DNA of 64,000 nucleotides from an uncultured Methanomicrobiales archaeon (GTDB lineage: Archaea > Halobacteriota > Methanomicrobia > Methanomicrobiales > Methanospirillaceae): positions 1,408,001-1,472,000 of the forward strand of contig OY969100.1 of the NCBI GenBank assembly GCA_963697895.1, read 5' to 3'. Below, piece after piece: positions 31,642 to 41,774 of the stretch. Made by a program: the position numbers and the translations under genes. The first letter of the stretch is position 1. Each line of letters begins with the position of its first letter. The notes beneath the pieces were generated by a model. The model made no database searches, was not told the origin of the DNA, and was given only the letters and a program-made list of their open reading frames with translations.

Positions 31642-32202
31642 ATGGCTATTATGGTGAATAATACAACAGTGCTCTATATTGGAATTATTCTCTTGATCAC
31701 TCTTCTGATCGTTTTTGTTATTATCTTTCTGTATCTCATAACTGTGCGTCGTGAAGTCGCCGAGGTTCTTTCGCGTCCTGCCGCCGAGATAACCTCCCGT
31801 TCTACCTCAGATGAATGTGTCTCTGGCGGAGGAGAAATCCCGGGCCAGGCATCGTCGATCGCTGAGTGCCACCATGAGATCGATATTTTTAAATCATACT
31901 CAGATATCGGAGAAAATATGAAGGCCCTGAAGAAAAAGTACGGGCTCGATTCCATTACCCTTGCTTCGGAGGACGGACTGGTCATCGCATCTTCAGACCC
32001 GGAGGGGTCCCGGCTCGCTGCCGAGTATAGCCAGATCATAAAAAAATTACAGGAACCGGCGGGTAGCCGGATTCATCTCCTCAAAATGCACTACCGGGGA
32101 TCACCGCTCATCATGGTCATCCAGACAGAAAAACCTCTTCCTCCTGTATGGTTTTCCTCGATCGAAGATGATGCGCGGAAAATTTTGAACATATGGCTGT
32201 AA
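31642..32202 (+). CDS. Single-pass membrane protein with C-terminal Roadblock-like segment
   Basis: N-terminal TM (IGIILLITLLIVFVIIFLYLI); YGLDSITLASEDGLVIASS..LAAEYS. Confidence 0.7.
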   Translation: MAIMVNNTTVLYIGIILLITLLIVFVIIFLYLITVRREVAEVLSRPAAEITSRSTSDECVSGGGEIPGQASSIAECHHEIDIFKSYSDIGENMKALKKKYGLDSITLASEDGLVIASSDPEGSRLAAEYSQIIKKLQEPAGSRIHLLKMHYRGSPLIMVIQTEKPLPPVWFSSIEDDARKILNIWL

Positions 32203-32261
32203 CCAAACAGCCCAAATACTATTATAAGAATCTCCCGCGAAACCCTTATACAGGGGTTTCA

Positions 32262-33047
32262 TTGGTCAGGGTAATCACATTCGCTTCCGGCAAAGGAGGG
32301 ACCGGGAAAACCACGGTCACCGTTAACCTGGGCACGAGTCTCGCCCAGCTGGGAAAAAGAACCTATATCATGGATGCTGACATCGGCATGGCCAACCTCG
32401 GTCTGATCATCGGACTGGAAAATGTGCCGGTCACTTTGCATGAAGTACTGGCAGGGAAAGCATCCATCAACGAAGCCATATATGATGGTCCGGGGGGCGT
32501 AAAAGTCATTCCGAGCGGTATTTCGCTGCAGGGATTCCAACAGGCGAATCCGGAAAAATTACATGATGTATTACAGGAGATTCTGGAACGGTGTGATTTT
32601 CTCCTGATAGACGCCCCCGCAGGGATCAGCAGGGATGGTGTCATCCCGCTTGCCGTGGCCGATGAAGTGATCCTGGTTGTAAACCCTGAGTTGTCATCGG
32701 TTGTTGATGCTTTAAAGACAAAGATTCTCACAGAGGTTGTTGGCGGGCATGTTATGGGATCGATCATTAACCGTGTCGGAGCAGAAAAGCCCCTGGTCGT
32801 CACGGAAAAGATGGAAAAAATACTTGGCGTTCAGGTAATCGGCATTATTCCGGAGGATCCCAATGTCCGGACCGCCGCATCGTATAAAACACCGGTTGTA
32901 ATCAAATATCCCTCCTCAAATGCAGCGATCGCACTGAAACGCATCGCCTCCACCGTTGCAGGAGTATCCTGTTCGGAAGCCCAAAAGATGAACACTGAAG
33001 GATTCATCGATCGGTTTGCAAAAGCACTGTTCAGGGGGAGAAAATGA
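32262..33047 (+). CDS. minD: MinD-family ATPase
   Basis: Deviant Walker A SGKGGTGKTT, DADIGMANL, IDAPAG, IPED; C-terminal GFIDRFAKALF amphipathic helix; TTG start inferred. Confidence 0.92.
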   Translation: MVRVITFASGKGGTGKTTVTVNLGTSLAQLGKRTYIMDADIGMANLGLIIGLENVPVTLHEVLAGKASINEAIYDGPGGVKVIPSGISLQGFQQANPEKLHDVLQEILERCDFLLIDAPAGISRDGVIPLAVADEVILVVNPELSSVVDALKTKILTEVVGGHVMGSIINRVGAEKPLVVTEKMEKILGVQVIGIIPEDPNVRTAASYKTPVVIKYPSSNAAIALKRIASTVAGVSCSEAQKMNTEGFIDRFAKALFRGRK

Positions 33048-33241
33048 CTTCTGAACAATTATTGCTTGTTATTTTCGGGATAATTATCGTAATGCTCATT
33101 TTTCTCGTCTTTATCATGTGGATTCGGATACAACAGCTTCTTGAAGATGTCGAACGGATGGAGCAGAATATTTGTTCAACAACTGCCGACCTTGATCTCC
33201 TATCACATGATGTCGAAGAGATAAAAAAGCTGAAGATCTAG
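33044..33241 (+). CDS. Small single-pass membrane protein with coiled-coil tail
   Basis: ATGA overlap with minD stop; TM then heptad tail. Confidence 0.7.
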   Translation: MTSEQLLLVIFGIIIVMLIFLVFIMWIRIQQLLEDVERMEQNICSTTADLDLLSHDVEEIKKLKI

Positions 33242-33330
33242 AATCATAACCAGCTCACAATATGTGAAGAGATCCAGAATTTGAAAACTGTTTAAAGAAG
33301 AGCAGAGAAAAATGAACGATAAAAAAAAGA

Positions 33331-34461
33331 TTATATCTCTTCTTTCCGGTTTGTGATCTCGAAAACACAATGCGGGTCCCCTTTTGCCCGGCACTTGATC
33401 TCCCTTCCCCTTACCTTGATCCCGAACGCCCCTTCGGTAATGCCTGCGAGCAACCCTGCGGTGCAGAAACAGACATTCTTGCCTGTATTGCCGAATGCTT
33501 CTGACTCTACCGTGTGCTCGAGGGTGATTGTCTTGGTCTTTGCCGCTTCGTTCCAGTCCATCCTGATAATCCGGAACCATCCCATTTGGGAATAGAATGT
33601 AAACGCCATATCGGCAAGATGATTGGGATTGGTTATGCCCATCTTCTTATAGTGTTCGACATTTTCCTTACCCATATCCCAGTATGCCCGGTAGTTGACG
33701 CCCGCGGCGGGCATTTCACCCATCGTTTTTGCCAGGGAAGTCATCATAGAAGTAAAGACGAACCGGGGCATCATGACTACCGGATCATCGATCAGGTTGA
33801 TCTTCCCCACGAGAGGCTTGTGAACGATAAACTCGGTTATTGCAGAATCACCTTTTACAATCGCCTGTGCCTTCCACTTCCAGCTGGCTTCGGTCTGATC
33901 GGCGGCAAACTCGCAGCATTCATCACCGTTTGCATGACATTTTGTTTCGACACAGAACCAGTTTTTTCCGGTAACGGCGGCAAGAACACCCTCGATCCAT
34001 CCGCAATGAATGCCACAGACCGGCATCTTCCAGTCCTTCATCACCTGCGATTCGAAGGTCTGATCGGTGCGGAGCACAATTCTTTTGTCACTCTGCTCCA
34101 CCAGTGTAAATGGCGCCCCCCACCCCTGCTGGTGCTGGAGTTTGAATACCAGCAGCAGGAACTCCGGCGGTGAAAGATTTATCCCCAGTTTCAGCAGGAA
34201 ATTGTAGAGCCCGATAGATCCTAACCCGACCGATCGGAAGAGCTGTGCTGTGGCCTTTACGGCAAGTTTCTTATTGAGATTGGCCTCGTACATCTCAAAG
34301 ATGGCCTTGATCAGATAGTCCGGGTTGCTCGCGGTTCGAACGCCAAAAACGGAAGTTATTCCCTGGAGAGGGTCAATCTCGGTGAAATCGGTGATGTTTT
34401 TCTCGTTCCTGATGATTGCTTCAATGTCGGCCTTATCGATCCTTTTTCCTGACATTTCCAT
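33331..34461 (-). CDS. Tandem V4R (4-vinyl reductase-like) domain protein
   Basis: Two repeats: GWG..CGIHCGWIEG..ETKCHANGDECCEF and GW..CFCTAGLLAG..EIKCRAKGDPHCVFEI. Confidence 0.85.
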   Translation of the reverse strand: MEMSGKRIDKADIEAIIRNEKNITDFTEIDPLQGITSVFGVRTASNPDYLIKAIFEMYEANLNKKLAVKATAQLFRSVGLGSIGLYNFLLKLGINLSPPEFLLLVFKLQHQQGWGAPFTLVEQSDKRIVLRTDQTFESQVMKDWKMPVCGIHCGWIEGVLAAVTGKNWFCVETKCHANGDECCEFAADQTEASWKWKAQAIVKGDSAITEFIVHKPLVGKINLIDDPVVMMPRFVFTSMMTSLAKTMGEMPAAGVNYRAYWDMGKENVEHYKKMGITNPNHLADMAFTFYSQMGWFRIIRMDWNEAAKTKTITLEHTVESEAFGNTGKNVCFCTAGLLAGITEGAFGIKVRGREIKCRAKGDPHCVFEITNRKEEI

Positions 34462-34624
34462 CCTCGATATGAGAATGAGTGTCTGCGTTCATATAAGCGT
34501 AATCCTCTATTCTCGATGTTAATGGAAGAATTTTATCCATTGGCAACCCCGAATATATGAGCAACTTTTCGTTTGAGATTCCGTGCAAAGAGCTCCAGGG
34601 AGTGTTAAATCACTATGTGGACCT

Positions 34625-35265
34625 TCAGATCGCCGGCAATACCGTATCGCTATCGGATATTTCAAGGACAATCCGCGGCGACTGTGGGGTAAATGCAAAT
34701 GTGTACAATCGAATTCGCTGGTCCTTCGATGACACCGTAAATCATACATACCGTGAATCAGCCTGAACGATACCTTTCCGGTTTTATCGGTCACGTCATT
34801 GCCTACCACATGACCCTCGCGACGTATCGATAGATGGACCCCAGGCTGGAGGATGCCCTCCTTCGATACCGTGAGGGTCAATATACCGATTCCACAATTC
34901 TTCTTTCCGATCTGAAAGATCCCTTCCGCCTGAATTGGGTTAAGATGGCTCTTATCAAATATCCTGGTTCGCAGGACGATTCCCTCGATAATTGCACGTT
35001 CGATGACATGGAACTCATACTCTAATCCGGGGTCGAGCTGGAGGGTCGCTTTGTCCCCGACGAGTATACCATGTGAATCGGCAATAAGGGCTCCCTCTGG
35101 ATCGCCGCCGAGAAACAGGAGGAAAGATTCTCTCTTCGGTGTAACTCCGACGCCAATACCATTCAGATTCTGCGATTTTGCAATCTGAACCATATCATGC
35201 AGTACACAGCTCCCGGATGCGTTTGTTTTCCTGACAAGATCCCGTAATACCTCATCTAATTCCAT
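34625..35265 (-). CDS. Hypothetical protein (DUF2226-like N-terminus, beta-rich C-terminus), probable single-base deletion at ~34740
   Basis: FLLFLGGDPEGA..G.LVGDKA; TDKTGKVSFRL..G.YD; alternative frame TVSSKDQRIRLYTFAFTPQ...* looks more protein-like than the ORF-track tail ending at 34519. Confidence 0.6.
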
Positions 35266-35519
35266 TCTCGTTATTCACCACCCGGGTGCATCGAAGGATA
35301 CTGTGGGAGGAATTCTGGAAACCTATCTGCTCCCCCCATTCACAATGTCGATCGTTACAGGAATTTTCGTTACCCGGTATTTAATAATGCACCCATCCCG
35401 CTCACGAGGTTACTTCTCTGCAGATTACAATTTGTGCCATCTTCAACAATCACGAGTGCGCTCCCGCGAGGCAGGAGACATTGAATAATAGGGATAAACG
35501 CACACAGATACTCACACGT

Positions 35520-36305
35520 ATGATTGTTCCCCTGGTAATCGGCACTGTAGCGGTGCTGTTGACGCTTCTTTATGCTTCATACCGGGATATTTGCGAACGG
35601 CGCGTCCCGTTCAGGACATGGTATCCGATGCTGATGGTCGGATTACCTGCTGTTGCCTGGTTTTACGCCTCACTTATCGGAACTGAAGAGGTGCGCCTTT
35701 TCGTCCTTTTTATCGTATTGACTGCAGTTTTTTCCCTAATATTTTACCTCTTTGCTCTTATGCATCTTTTTGGCGGGGCCGATGCATGGGCACTTATCTT
35801 TATCGCACTCTGTATTCCCGCATTTCCCATCGAACCGTATCTGGGGTATTCTCCCACGGGATACTTTCCCCTCACCGTCCTTACCAACGCCGTTCTCCTC
35901 AACCTTATCACCCCGGTCGGTCTCTTTTTAATGAACCTGGTTCTTCGAAACCATGCCCCTTTCCCTTATATGTTCCTTGGTTATCCTGTTCCCGGGGACC
36001 GGATACAGGAAAGTTTCGGGTATGTCATGGAGGATCTGAGCGTTGAAGATGGCAGAATCAACAGGCGATTCATCAGGGTCCGTGATTCGATACGGGGTAT
36101 TCTCTCCGGGAGTGACCGGTTGTATACAAAAGAACTCCGTCTGCATCCTGAAAAGTATACCACTGAGTTATCGCTGTACCGGCAAGCGGGAAAGATATGG
36201 ATATCATATGGCGTGCCATTCATTGTACCAATAACAGCCGGACTGATCACCGCACTCCTGCTGGGGGATGTGCTGGTATGGTTCCTGCTCCTGGTACGAG
36301 GTTAA
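35520..36305 (+). CDS. A24 prepilin/prearchaellin peptidase (PibD/FlaK-like)
   Basis: ASYRDI.ERRV, FGGADAW, C-terminal [16 protein letters not shown]. Confidence 0.92.
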   Translation: MIVPLVIGTVAVLLTLLYASYRDICERRVPFRTWYPMLMVGLPAVAWFYASLIGTEEVRLFVLFIVLTAVFSLIFYLFALMHLFGGADAWALIFIALCIPAFPIEPYLGYSPTGYFPLTVLTNAVLLNLITPVGLFLMNLVLRNHAPFPYMFLGYPVPGDRIQESFGYVMEDLSVEDGRINRRFIRVRDSIRGILSGSDRLYTKELRLHPEKYTTELSLYRQAGKIWISYGVPFIVPITAGLITALLLGDVLVWFLLLVRG

Positions 36306-36309
36306 AACA

Positions 36310-36681
36310 ATGATACACCTGCAGTATTCCGATTCGCTGATCCCGGTCATTGTTCAGGATGAGTGCACCAAGGAGGTGCTGATGCTCGCATATGCCAACG
36401 AGAGGGCAGTGACGCTTACCCGGGAGACGGGTTATGCACACTATTTCAGCCGTAGCAGAAGAAAGATCTGGAAGAAGGGTGAAGAGAGTGGGAACCTGCA
36501 GCGGGTTGTTCGTATCCTTGTCGACTGCGACGAGGACTGCCTTCTTTATGAAGTGGTGCAGATCGGTGGTGCTGCATGTCATACAGGGTATCGAACGTGT
36601 TTTTACCGCACCCTTGAGGGCAATATCGTATCTGAAAAGGTCTTTGATCCTTCCATGGTATATGCTAATAAAGGTCAATGA
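36310..36681 (+). CDS. hisI: Phosphoribosyl-AMP cyclohydrolase
   Basis: [37 protein letters not shown]. Confidence 0.95.
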   Translation: MIHLQYSDSLIPVIVQDECTKEVLMLAYANERAVTLTRETGYAHYFSRSRRKIWKKGEESGNLQRVVRILVDCDEDCLLYEVVQIGGAACHTGYRTCFYRTLEGNIVSEKVFDPSMVYANKGQ

Positions 36682-36705
36682 CCATTACATAACTGGTGAT
36701 ATTTT

Positions 36706-38589
36706 TTGAAATTGGTACCGGATACAAGCGTCGTTATCGACGGCCGCATCACCTCAATGATAAAAACCGGTGAATATAATGGTGCATCAATAATTATTCC
36801 CGAGGCGGTGATTGCCGAACTCGAAGCACAGGCCAACCAGGGAAGAGAGATCGGCTTTTCCGGCCTCACTGAGCTCCAGTCTCTCTGTAAACTCGCTGAT
36901 GAGGGTACGATTCAATTATCCTTTGTCGGCGTCAGACCTACCCTTGAACAGGTCAAACTTGCCAGCGGTGGCGAGATTGATGCACTGATCCGGAATGCAG
37001 CGATAGAAAATGATGCGCAATTTATTACGAGCGATATCGTACAGGCTGAGGTGGCCAAGGCAAAGGGGCTCGATGTCCTCTATCTCAAGCCCCAGATCGG
37101 TGACTATACTCCCCTGGGAATCGACCAGTTCTTCGATGAACATACAATCGCAGTCTACCTGAAGGAACGCGTACCGCCGGTTGCAAAAAAGGGAACTATC
37201 AAGGAGATGCGCCTTGTCAGAATACGCGAGCAGCCCGCGAACGAATACGAGTTGCGCGATCTTGCGCAGGAGATCCTGGAACGGGCAAAACGCGACCCGG
37301 ATGGATTCATCGAGGTTGAGAAAAGGGGCATTACGGTTGTTCAGATCGGCTCCATGCGAATTGCCATTGCCCGGCGGCCATTCAGTGACGGAATGGAGAT
37401 CACGGCTGTACGGCCAATTGTCGACATAAGCCTCGAGGACTATGCAAAGGCGAACGTCATTAAGAACCGTATCGTCGGTGATAAGAGAGGTCTGCTCATT
37501 GCAGGACCTCCCGGGGGGGGTAAAAGTACGCTCGCCCAGGGTGTAGGCACGTATCTGGCGGATCATGGTTTTATCGTCAAGACCATGGAATCCCCCCGTG
37601 AGCTTCAGGTTCCGGATCATATTACCCAGTATACCACACTGGAAGGGAGCATGCAGAATACTGCAGATATCCTCATGCTTGTCCGGCCAGACTTTGTAAT
37701 CTTTGACGAAATCCGAAAAAATGAAGATTTTCGTGTTTTTGGAGATATGAGGCTCGCCGGGATCGGTATGATCGGGGTACTTCATGCAGTCGGACCGCAG
37801 GATGCACTGCAGCGATTTTCTGATAGGATAGATTTCGGTGTACTTCCCCAGATCATTCAGACCATTATCTTCGTGGACAAAGGGGAGATCAGAAATATCT
37901 ATGAGATCGGCTTCACCATCAAAGTCCCTGAAGGCATGTCCAACCAGATGCATCTCTGTCCGGTCACGACCATTCAGGATTATGAGACCGGAGAGCTTGT
38001 CTTCGAGATCTTCAAATATGACTCGGAGACGATTGTGATGCCGGTCATGCACCCTGGAGTGATTGGAGCTCCCTTGAAGACTCCGGCCGTTCCGAAAGAG
38101 GAGGAAGAGAGTTCGTCCTGGAAGATCACCGAGAAGGAGATCCAGCGGGAGATCGGTCGGTATACCGAGGGGTACGTTGACGTCCACATGCTGAATGATA
38201 ATAAAGCGGTCGTTTATATCGAAGATAAAGACGTTCCGGCAGCGATCGGAAAAGGTGGGAAGAATATAGCCGCGATCGTGAACAAAGTAGGAATCGGGAT
38301 CGATATCAGGCCACGAAGCGAACTTGAAAAACAACCCGCAGCACCGCAATCCGAGGAAGAATTAGCGTTGGGTGGCGGGATAAAGATCCGGATGGATAAG
38401 AAACAACTCTCCATCATCTGTCCTGAACTTTCCGGCAAAATCGTGGACGTTTTTGCCGGAAAAGAATACCTGTTCACGGCAACGGTGAACGAGAGCGGGG
38501 AGATACACCTCGCAAAAAACAGCACTATTGCACAGGAGATGATCCGGCGGTACAATGCAGGAGACCCGATTCGGTTACGACCTGTATAA
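36706..38589 (+). CDS. PIN-domain ATPase with KH domain (PINA/VapC-ATPase family)
   Basis: VPDTSVVIDG PIN; AGPPGGGKST; FDEIR; IGKGGKNI KH motif. Confidence 0.92.
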   Translation: MKLVPDTSVVIDGRITSMIKTGEYNGASIIIPEAVIAELEAQANQGREIGFSGLTELQSLCKLADEGTIQLSFVGVRPTLEQVKLASGGEIDALIRNAAIENDAQFITSDIVQAEVAKAKGLDVLYLKPQIGDYTPLGIDQFFDEHTIAVYLKERVPPVAKKGTIKEMRLVRIREQPANEYELRDLAQEILERAKRDPDGFIEVEKRGITVVQIGSMRIAIARRPFSDGMEITAVRPIVDISLEDYAKANVIKNRIVGDKRGLLIAGPPGGGKSTLAQGVGTYLADHGFIVKTMESPRELQVPDHITQYTTLEGSMQNTADILMLVRPDFVIFDEIRKNEDFRVFGDMRLAGIGMIGVLHAVGPQDALQRFSDRIDFGVLPQIIQTIIFVDKGEIRNIYEIGFTIKVPEGMSNQMHLCPVTTIQDYETGELVFEIFKYDSETIVMPVMHPGVIGAPLKTPAVPKEEEESSSWKITEKEIQREIGRYTEGYVDVHMLNDNKAVVYIEDKDVPAAIGKGGKNIAAIVNKVGIGIDIRPRSELEKQPAAPQSEEELALGGGIKIRMDKKQLSIICPELSGKIVDVFAGKEYLFTATVNESGEIHLAKNSTIAQEMIRRYNAGDPIRLRPV

Positions 38590-38638
38590 GGCTGAAAGTC
38601 TCCCCAAAAAGACGGCTCAAATTGGAGGGTGAAGAAGA

Positions 38639-41420
38639 GTGAGCGGAATCAATATGCGGGAACTTGAAAATGAGGCTGCAACCCGGTGGGAGCATGTTTT
38701 CGAGTCAGACCCATCGAATCGTGAGAAATGGTACCTGACGGTCGCATATCCGTATCCAAGCGGGGCAATGCATGTCGGCCACGGGCGCACCTATATTGTC
38801 CCCGATGTAATCGCACGTTTCTGGAGAATGAAGGGTTATCAAGTGCTGTACCCGATGGCTTTCCATGTAACCGGTGCACCAGTCATTGGTATTTCGAAAC
38901 GAATCGCCCGGGGTGACGAAAAAGCGATCCATCTCTATCGGGATCTGTACAAAGTTCCTCCAGATGTTTTGGAACAATTTGTGGACCCACTCGCGATTGT
39001 CCGTCATTTCAGCGATGAATATGAGCGGGTAATGAAGAGCTGCGGTCTCTCCATCGACTGGAGGCGCAGGTTTACCACGGTCGATCCGCAATACAGCAAG
39101 TTCATTGAATGGCAATGGAAACATCTGTATTCCGGGGGTCACGTATTAAAAGGAGCCCACCCTGTCCGATACTGTCCACAGTGCGAAAATCCGGTAGGTG
39201 ATCATGACCTGCTGGAAGGGGACAAAGCGGAGATTCTGAAATTCACCCTGGTCATGTTCCGGTTTGGGGACGCACTCATTCCAACCGCAACCTTACGGCC
39301 GGAGACCATTTACGGGGTGACAAACCTCTGGATTAATCCCGGGGTTTTATATGTCCGTGCCCGGGTTGACGGAAATGAATGGATCCTATCCCGCCAGGCA
39401 GCTGAAAAGCTCAGCTTTACAGGACCATCGAATTGAAATTATCGGGGAAATGGATGGAAAAGCCCTGATAGATTGTACCGTGTACCACCCTCTTTGTGGG
39501 GAAGTACCGATCCTGCCGGCTACCTTCGTTGACCCGGATATGGCAAGTGGTATTGTCATGAGCGTCCCCGCCCATGCTCCTTTTGATTATATCGCTCTCC
39601 GGGATCTTCAGGAGAAAGGGTTTAACCGGGAGATAAAGCCGATTCCCCTTATCCGGGTCGAGGGTTATGGCACGATTCCTGCACAGGACGCAGTGGAACG
39701 GGCAGGTATACGGGACCAGAATGACCCACGAATGGAGAAGCTCACCCAGGAGGTCTACGCCACCGAATTTTCGAGGGGAAAGCTATTGGATCAGTATGGA
39801 GGTGAGCCAGTACGAACGGCACGGAATACCGTCGGGGAGCTTTTAACCAGAAAGTATTGTTCGATCGAGATGTTAGAATTCGATACCCGATCTGTTGTCT
39901 GCCGATGCGGGGGAAAGGTATTTGTCAAGATACTCCACGACCAGTGGTTCCTCCAGTATAGCGATCCGAACTGGAAACAGGAGGTTGCCGGGCAGTTGAA
40001 GACGATGACGCTGGTCCCCCCTGAGGTCCGGGCCGAATTTGAACGCACAATCGACTGGCTGAATGATTGGGCATGCACCCGCCGAGTCGGTCTCGGTACG
40101 CGCCTCCCATGGGATCCCGACTGGTTGATAGAGCCATTGAGCGATTCCACAATATACATGGCGTATTATACCATTGCTCACCGAATAAGAAATTTCGCTC
40201 CTGAACTGCTGACCCCGGCGGTATTTGATTATATATTCCTCGGCATGGGCTCCCCGGATCTGCCCGATAAGGAAGATCTCGCCGATATCCGATCAGAATT
40301 CCTTTACTGGTATCCGTATAATTTTCGGTTCTCCGCCAAAGATCTGATATCCAATCATCTCACGTTCCAGCTCTTCCATCATGTAGCCATTTTCCCGAAG
40401 CAGTGTCTTCCGAAGGGGATGGTAGTTTTTGGTATGGGCCTCCTCAACGGTGCCAAAATGTCATCGAGTAAAGGGAACGTCTTTCTCCTGGAAGATGCCG
40501 TTGCCGAATTCGGTGCAGACACGGTACGGATGTTCCTCGTCGGGAGCGCCGAACCCTGGCAGGATTTTGACTGGCGGAATGAACTTGTTTCTTCAACGAA
40601 AAAACAGATCGAACGGTTCTGGAATACAGTTAAGGAGGATATGCAGGCCGTTGGTGAGAAAAGAGACATCGACCGGTGGTTGATCTCCCGTCTTCAGTCC
40701 CATGTGGAGATGGCGACCGATGCGATGGAACATTTCCAGACCCGTCAGGCACTTCAGGAGTCATTATTTGCGATCGAATCTGACCTGAAATGGTACCGCA
40801 GGCGGCTTCCTGCCGGTTCCACCGGGAGCGAACTCCTTCGCTCACTCTGTTCCGTCTGGGTGCGTCTGCTCGCCCCCATTATTCCTTTTACTTGTGAACG
40901 GCTCTGGCGCGAACTGGGAGAGGAGGGTCTGGTATCTTTTGCAGCCTGGCCCGTCGCCGACACCAATATGAAAGACCCGGGGATCGAACTTGCCGAGGAA
41001 CTTCTATTCCGTACGGTGGAAGATATCGAATCCATCGAGAAGATCATCCAGTTCACCCCTTCAGCGATAACCATCCTGATAGCACCTTTGTGGAAAAGGC
41101 AGATATTCAAAAAGATTGCAGAAACATCGGATAAAACTTCAATCATTAAGGAAATTATGAGAGATCCGGAGATGCGATCAAGAGGAAAGGAGGCGATACG
41201 GATCGCCCGCCAGTGTACGACCCTGATCCACCGCCTCCCCCCTCAGCTGGTTGATCTTCTGGTAAGTGACAGCCTGAATGAGAAAGACATGTTTAATCGG
41301 GCACGAGGGTTCCTCGAAAAAGAGTTCGGAGTCCCGGTAAGTATCGTTGACGCTGACATGAGTACGCAGGCAAAGGCAGATTCAGCCCTCCCATTCAAGC
41401 CGGCAATTGTTATTGAGTGA
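38639..41420 (+). CDS. leuS: Leucyl-tRNA synthetase, one apparent +1 frameshift at ~39412
   Basis: [12 protein letters not shown] and ATLRPET in first frame; [21 protein letters not shown] in second frame. Confidence 0.93.
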
Positions 41421-41428
41421 TCGTAACC

Positions 41429-41740
41429 TCATTCAATACTTTTTGATTTTTTGACCCGTTCTTTTGTGGTATAGCCTGTCACCACATCCAGGAAACGCCT
41501 GTACCGTCGGTTGGTGTCGAGGATCTGTGCATCATCGGCATCCCTGTTCGATTCTGTTCTTACGCGGATGCTCTTCCCATCGGCACCGACAGATACATCA
41601 AGGAGCCCGAGCGCTCCATAGCTGATCTGGTAATGGTCATTCATCCGCTGCGGCTCTGTCTCAAAGATCTGGCGGATTCCGTTCGCAACGGATTCTTCCA
41701 GTCCCTTTGTATATCCCCGCTTTACCGGATACTCTTGCAT
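41429..41740 (-). CDS. Conserved archaeal protein (DUF5611-like)
   Basis: MQEYPVKRG, SYGAL, FLDVVTGYTTKER pattern. Confidence 0.7.
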   Translation of the reverse strand: MQEYPVKRGYTKGLEESVANGIRQIFETEPQRMNDHYQISYGALGLLDVSVGADGKSIRVRTESNRDADDAQILDTNRRYRRFLDVVTGYTTKERVKKSKSIE

Positions 41741-41774
41741 AATACTTTTTAGGTTGGCGCGATATGTTAAACTA

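Noticed and set aside
36916-38349. Long antisense ORFs (477 aa here; also 15203..16240, 16089..17021, 61818..62669, 19695..20501)
   Set aside because: Shadow frames opposite well-supported genes, with no recognisable motifs; expected from codon bias.
38639-41420. leuS as a naturally split (alpha/beta) LeuRS
   Set aside because: The two ORFs overlap out of frame within the editing-domain region, and a one-base deletion at an AGCT site restores a normal single protein.
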